A stretch of 64,000 nt of DNA from an uncultured Candidatus Saccharibacteria bacterium (GTDB taxonomy: Bacteria; Patescibacteriota; Minisyncoccia; Phycocordibacterales; PALSA-1337): NCBI GenBank assembly GCA_964470105.1, contig CAYXZI010000002.1, positions 8,644 to 72,643 on the forward strand. The letters run 5' to 3'. Below the pieces are notes generated by a model. It was given only the letters and a program-made list of their open reading frames with translations. It searched no databases and was not told the origin of the DNA. Made by a program: the position numbers and the translations under genes. Positions within the stretch are counted from its first letter, which is position 1, and every line of letters begins with the position of its first letter. Shown one piece after another: positions 8,865-19,732 of this stretch.

Positions 8865-9635
8865 CTATAACTTAAACAGGGTTCTAGCGTTATTAAACAC
8901 ATGTTCTCTTACCATATCCATACTTTCCCCTCTAATTTCTGCTATTTTGTTTACTACTTCAATAACAAAAACTGGTTCATTTCTTTGTCCTCTATATGGT
9001 ACTGGTGCAACAAATGGTGCATCTGTCTCTGTCATAATCATGTTTAATGGAATATTCTTGATTACTTCGTCATAGTTCCTAGTAAAGGTTATTACTCCTG
9101 TAAAAGAAAGTTTAAATCCTAGTTTTATAAATTCATGTGCTTCCTCAGTATTACCGGCATAAAAATGTACATCACCATGAACTTTCGCATGTTTCTTTAG
9201 GATATCTAATGCATCAGCATATGCGCTTTCCCCTTTCATTCCATTCCTTAAATGCAACATTAGAGGCTTCTTTACTTCATTAGCTATTGCAATATGTTTT
9301 TCAAAAATATCTTGTTGGCGAGCTTTATCTGTAATTGGTCTGTGGTAGTAATCAAAACCAGTCTCACCAATACCTACGACTTTTGAATGCAAAGCTAGTT
9401 GTTTATAGAAATCAATATCAAATACTTCATTTGGATCATCTGCTGGATGGAGTCCTATAACTGCCCAGACATTATCATTTGTCTCAGCAATCTTTACTGC
9501 TTTTTCTGAACTTTCCTTATTCACTCCCACAACAATCATACCCACTTCCTTTTCTTGAGCACGCTTAATAGCTTCATCTATATCTAGATTAAAATCATTT
9601 AGATTTAGATGACAATGAATATCGATGTATTTCAT
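8865..9635 (-). CDS. tatD: TatD family deoxyribonuclease
   Basis: Likely start MKYIDIHCHL (TAATG overlap with metG stop); GLHP, GETGFDYY, ETDAPF, RNEP. Confidence 0.93.
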   Translation of the reverse strand: MKYIDIHCHLNLNDFNLDIDEAIKRAQEKEVGMIVVGVNKESSEKAVKIAETNDNVWAVIGLHPADDPNEVFDIDFYKQLALHSKVVGIGETGFDYYHRPITDKARQQDIFEKHIAIANEVKKPLMLHLRNGMKGESAYADALDILKKHAKVHGDVHFYAGNTEEAHEFIKLGFKLSFTGVITFTRNYDEVIKNIPLNMIMTETDAPFVAPVPYRGQRNEPVFVIEVVNKIAEIRGESMDMVREHVFNNARTLFKL

Positions 9636-11071
9636 TACTTCCTCATAAACAAAGGCTTCTCTGGCATTTTTCCTGACTTTATTCCCTGTTGTATCAATCT
9701 TGATGTCTCGGGCAATATCGGCTCTAAAGCGACAGCTATATGCCATATAGAAGCAAGACAGAATGAGATCTGTTGCTTACCTTTCACCTCATCAACCTTT
9801 ATTGTCTTGAATGGCTGGTTTTCCTGTATGTACCTATCTACTTCTTGAATCTTATTCCAAATATCATCACATACTTTATTTATCTCAAATGAATCGTAAT
9901 AATCATTATGCTTTTTTATATCAAGTGTCTGAGCAGACTTCTGATCTAGATCTACACCATTAGTCTCTGCCATCTTCATTACCCTACTCACCAGATTTCC
10001 AAGACCATTAGCAAGATGTGCATTATATGCATCCTTGAATCTCTCCATAGTAAAAGGACTGTCTTCGAAAGGCTGTACTTCTCGAAGAAGGAAATATCGC
10101 AAAGCATCAGTACCGTATTCGTTTACGACATCTAGTGGGTTTACAGTATTACCTAATGACTTACTCATCTTTATCCCTCCCTCTGCCGTTATGAAGCCGT
10201 TGACGACGATTTGGCGAGTATTAGGTAGTCCAGCTGCTATTAACATAGCTTGCCACATTGCACTCTGCTGACGGAGATTATCTTTACCACAGTATTGAAC
10301 TACGTTGTCTGCCCTAGTCCACCATTCATCAAAAGATTCTATATTCTCTGGCCATCCAATAGTTGAGATGTAATTTACCAATGCATCAAACCAAACATAC
10401 ATAACATGTTCATTATCATCAGGCACATCTACACCCCAAGGCATCTTACTTTTTAGACGAGATATACTGAAATCCTGTAATCCTCTCTCAACAAAGGCTT
10501 TTATTTCATTGAATCTAAAATCTGGCACAACTAGATATGGATTCTTTTTATATAGCTCAAGTAGTGGCTTTTGGAATTCAGAGAATTTGAAGAAATAGTT
10601 TTCTTCCTCTATCAAAAGAATATCCAGATTTTGGTGAATTATACATTTACCATTCTCAAGCTCAGTGTCTGTCTTCTCCAATTCGCAACCGGTACAGTAT
10701 TTAGTTTTATATAGCTTTTTATATATATAACCATTGTCCTTACATCTCTTCCAGAACTCTTGTGCTGCCTTTATATGATGTTTATCTGTAGTCCTTATGA
10801 AATGTATATCTGATATACCCAATATACCTTTTAATTCTTTGAACTTCTCTGCATAATGATCAACAAATGCTTGAGTCGATTCTCCCTGACTTAATGCTTT
10901 CTCATATATCTTTAGTCCATGCTCGTCAGTTCCAGTATTAAAGAATACGTCAAAGCCCTGTAGTCTTTTGGCACGAGCGATAGCATCAGCACGTATGATT
11001 TCCATAGCGAAGCCGACATGTGGATCTGAGTTTACATATGGGAGAGTTGTGGTTATGTAGTATTTTTTCAT
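9635..11071 (-). CDS. metG: Methionine--tRNA ligase (short form, no C-terminal OB domain)
   Basis: YITTTLPYVNSDPHVG, TGTDEHG, YVWFDALVNY, KMSKS. Confidence 0.96.
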   Translation of the reverse strand: MKKYYITTTLPYVNSDPHVGFAMEIIRADAIARAKRLQGFDVFFNTGTDEHGLKIYEKALSQGESTQAFVDHYAEKFKELKGILGISDIHFIRTTDKHHIKAAQEFWKRCKDNGYIYKKLYKTKYCTGCELEKTDTELENGKCIIHQNLDILLIEEENYFFKFSEFQKPLLELYKKNPYLVVPDFRFNEIKAFVERGLQDFSISRLKSKMPWGVDVPDDNEHVMYVWFDALVNYISTIGWPENIESFDEWWTRADNVVQYCGKDNLRQQSAMWQAMLIAAGLPNTRQIVVNGFITAEGGIKMSKSLGNTVNPLDVVNEYGTDALRYFLLREVQPFEDSPFTMERFKDAYNAHLANGLGNLVSRVMKMAETNGVDLDQKSAQTLDIKKHNDYYDSFEINKVCDDIWNKIQEVDRYIQENQPFKTIKVDEVKGKQQISFCLASIWHIAVALEPILPETSRLIQQGIKSGKMPEKPLFMRK

Positions 11072-12339
11072 TTTAATGTAAGGAGTTTTTGGAATCGCTC
11101 ACTATCCTTGTATGGACCAATTATAGCTAGATTTAGCTTTTCTTCAACAAAGATGAGCTTGGCAACCTCTTTTATATCTTCTACAGTTACCTTTCTAATC
11201 TTATCTATTTCTTCTTGTGGAAGCTCTATTTTACCCTTCAGTATCTGATTAATAGCTGAATATTCTGCCCTAGAATCAGAAGTCTCAAGACCAAGTACGA
11301 ATGAACCAGAGATATAGTCTTTAACCTTATTTAACTCCTCCTCTGTTATCTCTTCAGTTATTATCTTTTTACATTCATGAAGTAGTGTCTTTATAACTTC
11401 ATCTATTCTACTAGTATCTATTCCAGTTGATATGGTGAATAGACCATGATCAGTATATGTATCATGATTGGCACGTATATAATATCCAACCCCCATTTCT
11501 TCACGAAGTTTCTGGAAGAGCCTAGAACTCATACCTCCGCCTAATAATGTTGAGAGTACCGATAGACTAGCATCATATTTACTATTAGCATCAAATGATC
11601 TGAAACCTAGTACTAGATGTGCTTGATCTGTCTCTTTGAATTTCAATAGTATTTCTGGCTTTTTCTGTTCTTCTTTTACTTTTACCTTTTTGTGTTTACT
11701 TGATGTTCGAATCTTGGAGAAAGCCTTCTCAATTTTCTTTATTATATCTGCCTCATTAAATGATCCGGATACTACAACAGTAGTTGCTTCAGCAACATAA
11801 TGTTCACTTATATACTTTGCAAAGTCCTCTCTCTTAAAACTCCTTACCGTATCTTCTGTACCAGCTATATTCCATCCTGCAGGTTGATCACCATATACAA
11901 GACTCATAAAAACATCATGTACATGTCTATGTGGTAGATCTTGATACATTCTTATCTCTTCTACTATAACCCCTTTCTCCTTTTCTATTTCCTTCTCATT
12001 TAAAAGTGGGTTGAGATATACATCAGATACTACATCTAGCGCATTATCTACTTTCTCTTTACTTACTTTCGCATAGTATCCTGTATATTCTTGCCCTGTG
12101 AATGCATTGTATTGAGCACCAAGAGAATCTAGTTCTCTAGATATATCCATAGCAGTAGGACGTTTAGATGTACCTTTAAACATCATATGTTCAAGGAAAT
12201 GTGACAGCCCATTTATCTCCTTTGTTTCATACTTTGAACCAGTTTCTACCATAACTAAAACAGTTACGGCAGGATTGTCTTCCATTGGAATTGTTATGAT
12301 TTTAAGACCATTAGCTAGAGTGGTTTTATTGAATTTCAT
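11068..12339 (-). CDS. M16 family zinc peptidase
   Basis: HFLEHMMFKGT (HxxEH), NAFT, GGGMSSRLFQKLRE. Confidence 0.93.
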   Translation of the reverse strand: MKFNKTTLANGLKIITIPMEDNPAVTVLVMVETGSKYETKEINGLSHFLEHMMFKGTSKRPTAMDISRELDSLGAQYNAFTGQEYTGYYAKVSKEKVDNALDVVSDVYLNPLLNEKEIEKEKGVIVEEIRMYQDLPHRHVHDVFMSLVYGDQPAGWNIAGTEDTVRSFKREDFAKYISEHYVAEATTVVVSGSFNEADIIKKIEKAFSKIRTSSKHKKVKVKEEQKKPEILLKFKETDQAHLVLGFRSFDANSKYDASLSVLSTLLGGGMSSRLFQKLREEMGVGYYIRANHDTYTDHGLFTISTGIDTSRIDEVIKTLLHECKKIITEEITEEELNKVKDYISGSFVLGLETSDSRAEYSAINQILKGKIELPQEEIDKIRKVTVEDIKEVAKLIFVEEKLNLAIIGPYKDSERFQKLLTLK

Positions 12340-12356
12340 ATTTAATTATACAGACA

Positions 12357-13667
12357 TTATTTAATATCTAGATACTTTGTCAACTCCTCTATCTTTACCC
12401 TCTCCTGCTTTCCTGTATCTCTATTTCTCACAGTTACTCCAGCATCTTTTTCTATAGTATCAAAATCTATTGTCACACAATATGGTGTACCTATTTCATC
12501 CTGTCGGCGATATCTTTTTCCTATATTTCCATTGTCATCAAATACCACACCTGAAATATTCTTCTTTAACATCTTATAAACTTCTTGAGCCTTCTCAACC
12601 AAGACTGGTTTGTTCTTCAATAGTGGAAAAACAGCAACCTTCACTGGTGCCACCTTAGGTGAGAACTTCATATATACTCTCTTCTCTCCATCAATTTCAT
12701 CTTCTGTATATGCATCTGAAAGTACAGCAAGTACTGTTCTCTCAACTCCAAACGATGGTTCTATGCAGTGAGGAATATATCTCTCCTTTGTTTCTTCATC
12801 GTAGTATGACAAATCAACTTTGCTTGCTTCTGCATGAGCTTTCAAATCAAAATCAGTTCTGTATGCAAGACCATATAATTCCTTTTTACCAAATGGGAAA
12901 TCAAATTCAAAATCAATTGTTCGCTTTGAATAGTGGGCACGGTCACCGTCTGGTATCTCGAGCTCATGTACATGGCTCTTATCTAATCCGATATCATTTG
13001 TGAATGCATGAATTTCTTTTACAAAACTTTCAAAAGTCTGCTTCCATTCTGTTGGTTTTACGAAATATTCTATTTCCATTTGCTCAAATTCGCGAGAACG
13101 GAATACAAAATCACGTGGAGCAATTTCATTTCTAAATGCTTTACCTATCTGAGCAAGACCAAATGGTAGTGTAGGGTGGATACTGTCTAGTACATTTTTG
13201 AAGTTTACAAACATTCCTTGTGCTGTTTCAGGTCGAAGATATGTGATGGATTCATCACTCTCTATTGGACCAGCATTAGTCTTAAACATCATATTAAATT
13301 GTCTTGCTTCACCTAGTTCCCCACCACAATCTGGACATTTCTTTGGATTTTCTAGTTGATCAGTACGGAAACGATGCTTACACTTTTTACATTCAGATAA
13401 CGGATCAGAGAAACCGGCAACATGTCCGCTCGCCTTCCAGACATTCTGATTCATAAGTATTGCAGCATCTACTCCATACATATCGTCGCGATCTTCAACA
13501 AAACGCTTCCACCACAACTGCTTGATATTATTCTTCAATTGCAAACCATAGTGAGCAAAATCCCATGTACCAGCCAATCCTCCGTAAATCTCTGAACCTT
13601 GAAAAACAAATCCTCTTCTTTTACAGAGTGATATAATTTTTTCCATCTTTGTTTCTTCTTTTGCCAT
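12357..13667 (-). CDS. glyQS: Glycine--tRNA ligase (homodimeric type)
   Basis: LCKRRGF, YLRPETAQG, FRNEIAPR..FRSREFEQME, IEPSFGVER, IGKRYRRQDEIGTP. Confidence 0.97.
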   Translation of the reverse strand: MAKEETKMEKIISLCKRRGFVFQGSEIYGGLAGTWDFAHYGLQLKNNIKQLWWKRFVEDRDDMYGVDAAILMNQNVWKASGHVAGFSDPLSECKKCKHRFRTDQLENPKKCPDCGGELGEARQFNMMFKTNAGPIESDESITYLRPETAQGMFVNFKNVLDSIHPTLPFGLAQIGKAFRNEIAPRDFVFRSREFEQMEIEYFVKPTEWKQTFESFVKEIHAFTNDIGLDKSHVHELEIPDGDRAHYSKRTIDFEFDFPFGKKELYGLAYRTDFDLKAHAEASKVDLSYYDEETKERYIPHCIEPSFGVERTVLAVLSDAYTEDEIDGEKRVYMKFSPKVAPVKVAVFPLLKNKPVLVEKAQEVYKMLKKNISGVVFDDNGNIGKRYRRQDEIGTPYCVTIDFDTIEKDAGVTVRNRDTGKQERVKIEELTKYLDIK

Positions 13668-13671
13668 ATAT

Positions 13672-15612
13672 TTATTGTCCTACTTTATCATCTCCATCCT
13701 TATATTGAGGATCAGTACTAAATCTTGTTGTTAGTGTCCCTAGATTACTCTTTAATTCTTCACCTGTAAAGTCATCGATTGCAGTAATTACAGACTGATC
13801 TAGTATTGCTGGACTATCATTTACCTGATTTATACTTGGTGTTAAAGATACTTGGAATGCTACCTGCCTTCTCTTTGAGCTACCTGCTGTATATGTTGAG
13901 AGGCTACCGACATTCCATACTATCTGACCATGAACACTGTCGTAACTTACATCCTCACCTGCAGGACTAATCTTCCCTAACCATTTTACATATGGTGGTA
14001 ATCCAGACTGAACAACTACATTACTTACAGCATTTGCTCCATTATCAACAGTCCACAATATTGTATATGTTGTTTGTTGCTCAGACTTTGGAGGTATTGG
14101 GCCTGTATTTGTAAATGGTCCTGTTGACCTCAGTACCTGACCTCCTAATGCAATATTAGAAGATATTCTGACTTCTTTCTGTACAGTCGAAGCTATGCTT
14201 TCTGGGACATTACCCTCTGAATTTCTTTTACCCTTTATACTTATATCGAATTTTAAATTTGGATTTGTTATTGCTTTTATAGTTGTACTCTGATCACGTG
14301 GAGTTATTGTAAAACTTACCTTACCACTTCCACCAGCCTCAATACTATTCAAATCATTTGTAGTGATGCTATTCCACACAATTTCATTATCAGCAGACTT
14401 ATATAGCCCATCATCAGGAGAAACTGATGACTTATCAAGCGCTGTACCAGAGAGCTTTACATGCACCTCAGCATCGATAATTGAGGTTGGTAGATTATTG
14501 TAATATGAAATATCTACTTTTACAGGATTATTAAATGAAGCAATATATCCTTGATCACTGGAATCACCATTCAGTGCAACATCAACAGACATAAACGGTT
14601 TCCTTATAGATATCTCTTGTGTGCCAGTTATATATTCTGTACCTATGAGTTTATCGTTACCCAGCCTACCAGCACCTGCTGTAAATCTGAATACTCTTTT
14701 TTCATCATCTTGTCCTTCAAGCTTTCCCTTTATCTTTACAACCTTCTTACCACCAGGTGGCATATCACCAATCTTCCAAACGGAATTATCAGTAGTAATT
14801 GGTTTCATATCTGAAGATATATATGTGAATCCAAAAGGATATACGGCTTTTAGCACAAGATTCTTAATTACCTCTTTTGAATTTGAATTCATGGTTACCA
14901 ACATCTCAAACTCCTGACCTGAATTTACTTCTTTAAAAGATGATGCTGTTAGAGTTAATGGTGATGAAGAGATGAGAACATCAAATGTCTTTTCTTTAAC
15001 AGAAACAGCATTTGATCCTTGTACTCTGTACTCCACAGTGACCTTTATTTCCCTCTTACTATTCTCCTCACCATACAATATGGCTTTAATTGTCTTTTGC
15101 CCTACCCCACCAGGAACAATATCTGGTATTAGTTCTCTGGTATTTTTTAACTCTCTAAGACCATCACTCGGGTCTGTGGTACCTACTGGAAAGTCCACTG
15201 ACATATCTACTGTCTGAAGTTTAATATTATTATGATTTTTAACTTGTACCTCAAAGGATACAGGTTCTCCACCTGCCACAGAAATTGGACCATTGATAGT
15301 TATATCAACATTGTTAGTAGAAACTATATTTGATCCGTTAAATACTAGGTATGCACCAATACCTAAGGCTACGAGAAAGAAGATGAATGAGGTGAATAGT
15401 ATTTTTGTAAAGAATGACATAGATCTATCTTTAAATTTAGTATTTAATTTAACTTCAGGTTCTGGACTTTCTGACTCATGCTCCCAATCTGTATTAACAT
15501 CTGCTTCTTGTCCATGGAAACGTAACCTTCTTTTTGTTTTTATATCTGGAGCATTTCTAGAATATAGGGTGTTATTGAGCTCTTCGATCTTATTTTGATC
15601 CTCTCCGTTCAT
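13672..15612 (-). CDS. Single-pass membrane protein with tandem Ig-like (DUF11-like) domains
   Basis: One TM helix near residue 70-90, then repeated beta-sandwich motifs (SVWKIGDMPPG, IVWNVGSL). Confidence 0.6.
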   Translation of the reverse strand: MNGEDQNKIEELNNTLYSRNAPDIKTKRRLRFHGQEADVNTDWEHESESPEPEVKLNTKFKDRSMSFFTKILFTSFIFFLVALGIGAYLVFNGSNIVSTNNVDITINGPISVAGGEPVSFEVQVKNHNNIKLQTVDMSVDFPVGTTDPSDGLRELKNTRELIPDIVPGGVGQKTIKAILYGEENSKREIKVTVEYRVQGSNAVSVKEKTFDVLISSSPLTLTASSFKEVNSGQEFEMLVTMNSNSKEVIKNLVLKAVYPFGFTYISSDMKPITTDNSVWKIGDMPPGGKKVVKIKGKLEGQDDEKRVFRFTAGAGRLGNDKLIGTEYITGTQEISIRKPFMSVDVALNGDSSDQGYIASFNNPVKVDISYYNNLPTSIIDAEVHVKLSGTALDKSSVSPDDGLYKSADNEIVWNSITTNDLNSIEAGGSGKVSFTITPRDQSTTIKAITNPNLKFDISIKGKRNSEGNVPESIASTVQKEVRISSNIALGGQVLRSTGPFTNTGPIPPKSEQQTTYTILWTVDNGANAVSNVVVQSGLPPYVKWLGKISPAGEDVSYDSVHGQIVWNVGSLSTYTAGSSKRRQVAFQVSLTPSINQVNDSPAILDQSVITAIDDFTGEELKSNLGTLTTRFSTDPQYKDGDDKVGQ

Positions 15613-15634
15613 ACGTGTAATTATATCATATATA

Positions 15635-16189
15635 CTACAACTGACTCTCTTTAAGGGCTGAGTTTACAATATTTAATACTTTAGACTTAATACCAGCAAA
15701 ACTAGCTAATGTTTCCAATGTGAGAGAGTTATCTTTTAGATACGTATCTATTTCAGTATTTCCTTTAATATATCCCAATGAATCCAGTATTCTTAGTATA
15801 GTTATACACTCAACAAGACCATAGTCTTTCTCTTCTATATTTGATTGATACATTGATTCTATAATTTCAAACAATCTTTCATTCTTGTCTTCACCTTGTA
15901 AAAGACGTTTAAGTAATTTAAGGATCTTGAGGTGTAATATCGTCCCTCCATGATTTTCAATCTCATGCGCTCCAGTTAATCTCCAAACCTCCTTTCCTCT
16001 TACAATTGACACATTAGAGAAACTTGAATCTTGGATATGATATCTTAACTTTGATTGATTAAGACGTATCCCTTGCGCAACCACCCCTATCATACCGAAA
16101 TCACGGGTGAATAGCAGAAGAAATTTGCCAGCCTCGCCATGTGGACTACTATGTACTACGAAAGCAGGAGTGGTGTAGATATGGTGCAT
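15635..16189 (-). CDS. recO: DNA repair protein RecO (short form)
   Basis: GEAGKFLLLFTRDFGMIGVVAQGIR..SKLR OB-fold signature. Confidence 0.85.
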   Translation of the reverse strand: MHHIYTTPAFVVHSSPHGEAGKFLLLFTRDFGMIGVVAQGIRLNQSKLRYHIQDSSFSNVSIVRGKEVWRLTGAHEIENHGGTILHLKILKLLKRLLQGEDKNERLFEIIESMYQSNIEEKDYGLVECITILRILDSLGYIKGNTEIDTYLKDNSLTLETLASFAGIKSKVLNIVNSALKESQL

Positions 16190-16191
16190 TA

Positions 16192-19100
16192 CTACTTTTC
16201 TATATCAAGTTTAATACTGTACTCGGCTATATTTATAGCTATATTTCCTAATTCTTTGAAAATTATACCTTTTAGAAGAGTTGAGCTAACTATCAAATCT
16301 TTATTCTTCTCAACTAGACTGGAGAAGTTTTTATCTGAATCAATAACCAGAGTTACCCTATCGTTTATCGTCAGTCCCTTTTCTTTTCTTAATTCCTGAA
16401 TTGATCGTATTAATTCTCGTACAATACCCTCCTCTTTTAATTCTGGAGTTATATTCGTATCAAGCATAACTTCACTACCCAATGTCTCATCATGTACCAC
16501 CTCTTTTACATTTACTTCATCTTTAATGATATCTACTAGTGATACAGGAAATTTTTCTTTTACATAGAGCTTTGAAAGAGGTTGGCGTACTATTATTTTT
16601 GCTTTTGTACGTGCTTCCAGAGCCAGTGAAGCTATCTGTCTTATCTGTGTCATATTCTTCAATATCCTTCCATCAACTTTTGATGATCTTGGCCACGCTT
16701 CTAGATGCACACTCTCAAGTGGTCCTTTTAATCTCTGATATATATCTTCTGCTATAAATGGCATGAAGGGAGCTAGAAGTTTTGTGAAATCTATTAATAC
16801 ATTTCTTGTAGTTGAAAGTACAGCCGCCCTATCTGATTCACTCTTGAAACGATCTCGTGATCTACGTATATACCAGGTTGATAGGTCATCGATAAAATCA
16901 GCTATTGGTCTAGTTGCTTTATCGATCTGAAACTTATCCAAAGATTCGGTAATTTCTTTTATTAATTCCTTTAATCTGGTATTAATCCATATATCTAGAT
17001 GATTCTCACTCTTAATATTAGGTATATTGTCTTTTGCATACATCTCATAGAATGAGACTACATTATTTAATCTACCTATATGTTTTTTAACCACCTCATC
17101 TACTGCTCTTTCAGAAAAAGCGAGATCTTGTGAGTGTACAACAGGTGAAGACATCAAAACATAACGTAGGGCATCAGCACCATATTTATCAACAACAATC
17201 ATTAGATCAGGATAGTTTTTTAATCTCTTTGACATCTTCTGTCCATCCTCTGCTAATACTGTTCCATTAACTACAACATTCTTATATGGTGATTTACCAA
17301 ACAAAGCTACGCCAAGAACAAGCATGGAATAGAACCAGCCACGAGTTTGATCTAGTCCTTCTGCGATAAAATCTGCCGGATATCCCTTTGTTCTTCCTAG
17401 GATCTTACTAAATGGTCCTGGTTTTGGATTAAAGTCACATTTATTAAAAGGATAGTGAGATTCACCAAAAGGCATAGCTCCGGATTCGAACCAGCAATCA
17501 AATACTTCGGGTATTCTCTTCATCTTATTACCCTTTTCTGAAACTAGCTCTATATCATCAATGAATGATCGATGTAGATCTAATTCATATTCCACGTTGT
17601 GTGGTAGAGGGTGGAAATCTAGTTTGCGTGGTTTGCCATTTTTATTAAAATGATCTGCATTACCACGAGCTTCTATTGCTTCTTTTCTATTCCATCCTTG
17701 AGTAACTGCATCAAGTAGAAATAGCGGTGTATCATGAGAGATGATTAGAATATTCTTACCAGAATATTTATGATCAATATCGTAGATGAAATCCCCCATT
17801 CTCTTCTTAATATCAACATAGTTCTCTCCTCCTTCAGGTCTCTTCTCGAAACGGTCTGCGTGAGCAAAGTTTTTTACATAGTCATTAAAGCTTTTATTGT
17901 TCCAGACACCTGCATTTATCTCATGAATCCTTTCATCAACAATTATTTTACTCTTATCAAGTCTTACTCTTGATGCGATTATCTCTGCTGTTTCTTTGGT
18001 TCTAACAAATGGTGAAGTGATTATCAAATCAATCTTTTTATCAAAAAGCCACTTACCTGCTTCTTCTGCCTGTTTCTTTCCATTTTCTGTTAAGTGATGT
18101 TGATTACTTGCAATTGAACTTACAATCATCTTTACATTATTCTCCGCCTCTCCATGTCTACAAACGTAGTATGTGTTATTAGCTTTACTGTATTTTTTTA
18201 AATCCTCTACTGAACCCAATACATGACACTCATCTGTATTCTCCTCTCTCCAAACTGGTAATGGTGCACCCCAGAAACGTGATCGTGATATTGCCCAATC
18301 ACGAGCTCCCGCCAACCAATTACCGAATCTTCCTTCTCCAACTTCCTCCGGTACCCATTTAACTTTACTATTCTCCTTTACTAGCTTATCTCTGAGTGAA
18401 GTTACTTTTACAAACCATGATGAAGAGGCGTAGTTGAGAAGTGGTGTATCACAACGCCAACAATGTGGATATGAATGTATTATTTTTTCTTTTGCAAAAA
18501 GAGTTCCTTTACCAGCTAGATATTTTATTACTTCTATATCTGATCTTTGATGTGCATCTTTATCTTCAGCCGTATCTTTTGGTTTTACGGCCTGTCCAGC
18601 AAAGTCAGTGACTTCTGGTTTAAACTTTCCGTTTGTATTTACGTGTTGGACGAAAGGTAGATTGTGCTTTAGAGATAGATCATAGTCATCAGAACCGAAA
18701 GCTGGAGCAATATGTACGATACCTGTTCCACTATCGTTAGTTACAAAATCTGCACCATACACCTTCCATCCATTTTCTCTATTCTTTAGCTTTTTATCAT
18801 TTATATAATAATTAAAAACAGGTTCATATGAAAGACCAATTAATTTACTTCCTTCTATTTCTTCTATAACCTTATACTCTGATTTTATAGTTGATAGTCT
18901 TGATTGAGCTAGAATGACTTTAGTATTCTCAACTTCTATCTTTACATATTTAAATGTTGGGTTTATAGCTAGAGCAACATTTCCTGGTAAAGTCCATGGC
19001 GTTGTAGTCCAAGCTAAAAAGAATGTATCTGGACTATCTTTTAATTTAAATTTAGCATAAACAGATATATCTGTAATATCTTTATATCCCTGACTCACTT

Positions 19101-19686
19101 CAAAGTTAGAAAGTGTTGTCTCACAACGAGGACAGAGATTCATTGATTTAAATCCTTCATATATAAGACCTTTTTTATGGAGCTCAGAAAATGCCCACCA
19201 TACTGACTCAGTATATGATGCATCCATTGTTCTATAGTCATCATCCATATCCACCCACCTTCCTAGTCTAGGTATTATCCTTCTCCAATCATGCGCATAA
19301 CGCATAACACTAGCTTGTGCAGCAGCATTAAACTTACCGATACCGTAGTCAGTAATATCTTTCTTTGAGGTTAGTTTTAACTCTTTTTCTATTAGATTCT
19401 CTACAGGCAAACCATGACAGTCCCAACCCCATCTTCTTCTTACCTTATACCCCCTCATTGTCTTATATCGAGGTATTACGTCCTTTACAGTTCCTGGAAC
19501 TACGTGACCATAATGTGGCTCACCTGTAGCAAAAGGAGGTCCATCGTAGAATACATAATCACCCTTTGGTGAAGGTTTCTCTAGAGTTTTCTTGAAAATA
19601 CCCTTCTTTTCCCAGAATTCTAGTATTTTCTCCTCTGTTTCTACGGTTTTACCTTTAGTTGGTTTTTCTATGTTTTCTGCTGACAT
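16192..19686 (-). CDS. ileS: Isoleucine--tRNA ligase (type 2) with an inserted histidine-phosphatase domain
   Basis: DGPPFATGEPHYGH, WTTTPWTLP, DWAISRSRFWG, EGLDQTRGWFY, KMSKR; internal RHGE...SPFVRT...ISHD. Confidence 0.96.
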   Translation of the reverse strand: MSAENIEKPTKGKTVETEEKILEFWEKKGIFKKTLEKPSPKGDYVFYDGPPFATGEPHYGHVVPGTVKDVIPRYKTMRGYKVRRRWGWDCHGLPVENLIEKELKLTSKKDITDYGIGKFNAAAQASVMRYAHDWRRIIPRLGRWVDMDDDYRTMDASYTESVWWAFSELHKKGLIYEGFKSMNLCPRCETTLSNFEVSQGYKDITDISVYAKFKLKDSPDTFFLAWTTTPWTLPGNVALAINPTFKYVKIEVENTKVILAQSRLSTIKSEYKVIEEIEGSKLIGLSYEPVFNYYINDKKLKNRENGWKVYGADFVTNDSGTGIVHIAPAFGSDDYDLSLKHNLPFVQHVNTNGKFKPEVTDFAGQAVKPKDTAEDKDAHQRSDIEVIKYLAGKGTLFAKEKIIHSYPHCWRCDTPLLNYASSSWFVKVTSLRDKLVKENSKVKWVPEEVGEGRFGNWLAGARDWAISRSRFWGAPLPVWREENTDECHVLGSVEDLKKYSKANNTYYVCRHGEAENNVKMIVSSIASNQHHLTENGKKQAEEAGKWLFDKKIDLIITSPFVRTKETAEIIASRVRLDKSKIIVDERIHEINAGVWNNKSFNDYVKNFAHADRFEKRPEGGENYVDIKKRMGDFIYDIDHKYSGKNILIISHDTPLFLLDAVTQGWNRKEAIEARGNADHFNKNGKPRKLDFHPLPHNVEYELDLHRSFIDDIELVSEKGNKMKRIPEVFDCWFESGAMPFGESHYPFNKCDFNPKPGPFSKILGRTKGYPADFIAEGLDQTRGWFYSMLVLGVALFGKSPYKNVVVNGTVLAEDGQKMSKRLKNYPDLMIVVDKYGADALRYVLMSSPVVHSQDLAFSERAVDEVVKKHIGRLNNVVSFYEMYAKDNIPNIKSENHLDIWINTRLKELIKEITESLDKFQIDKATRPIADFIDDLSTWYIRRSRDRFKSESDRAAVLSTTRNVLIDFTKLLAPFMPFIAEDIYQRLKGPLESVHLEAWPRSSKVDGRILKNMTQIRQIASLALEARTKAKIIVRQPLSKLYVKEKFPVSLVDIIKDEVNVKEVVHDETLGSEVMLDTNITPELKEEGIVRELIRSIQELRKEKGLTINDRVTLVIDSDKNFSSLVEKNKDLIVSSTLLKGIIFKELGNIAINIAEYSIKLDIEK

Positions 19687-19732
19687 AGAGCTATTTTAGC
19701 ACTTTTTAGCAAAAAAACTATCTGAGAAGCTT

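Noticed and set aside
17615-18180. Intein in IleRS
   Set aside because: No N-terminal Cys/Ser block or C-terminal His-Asn; the insert has histidine-phosphatase motifs
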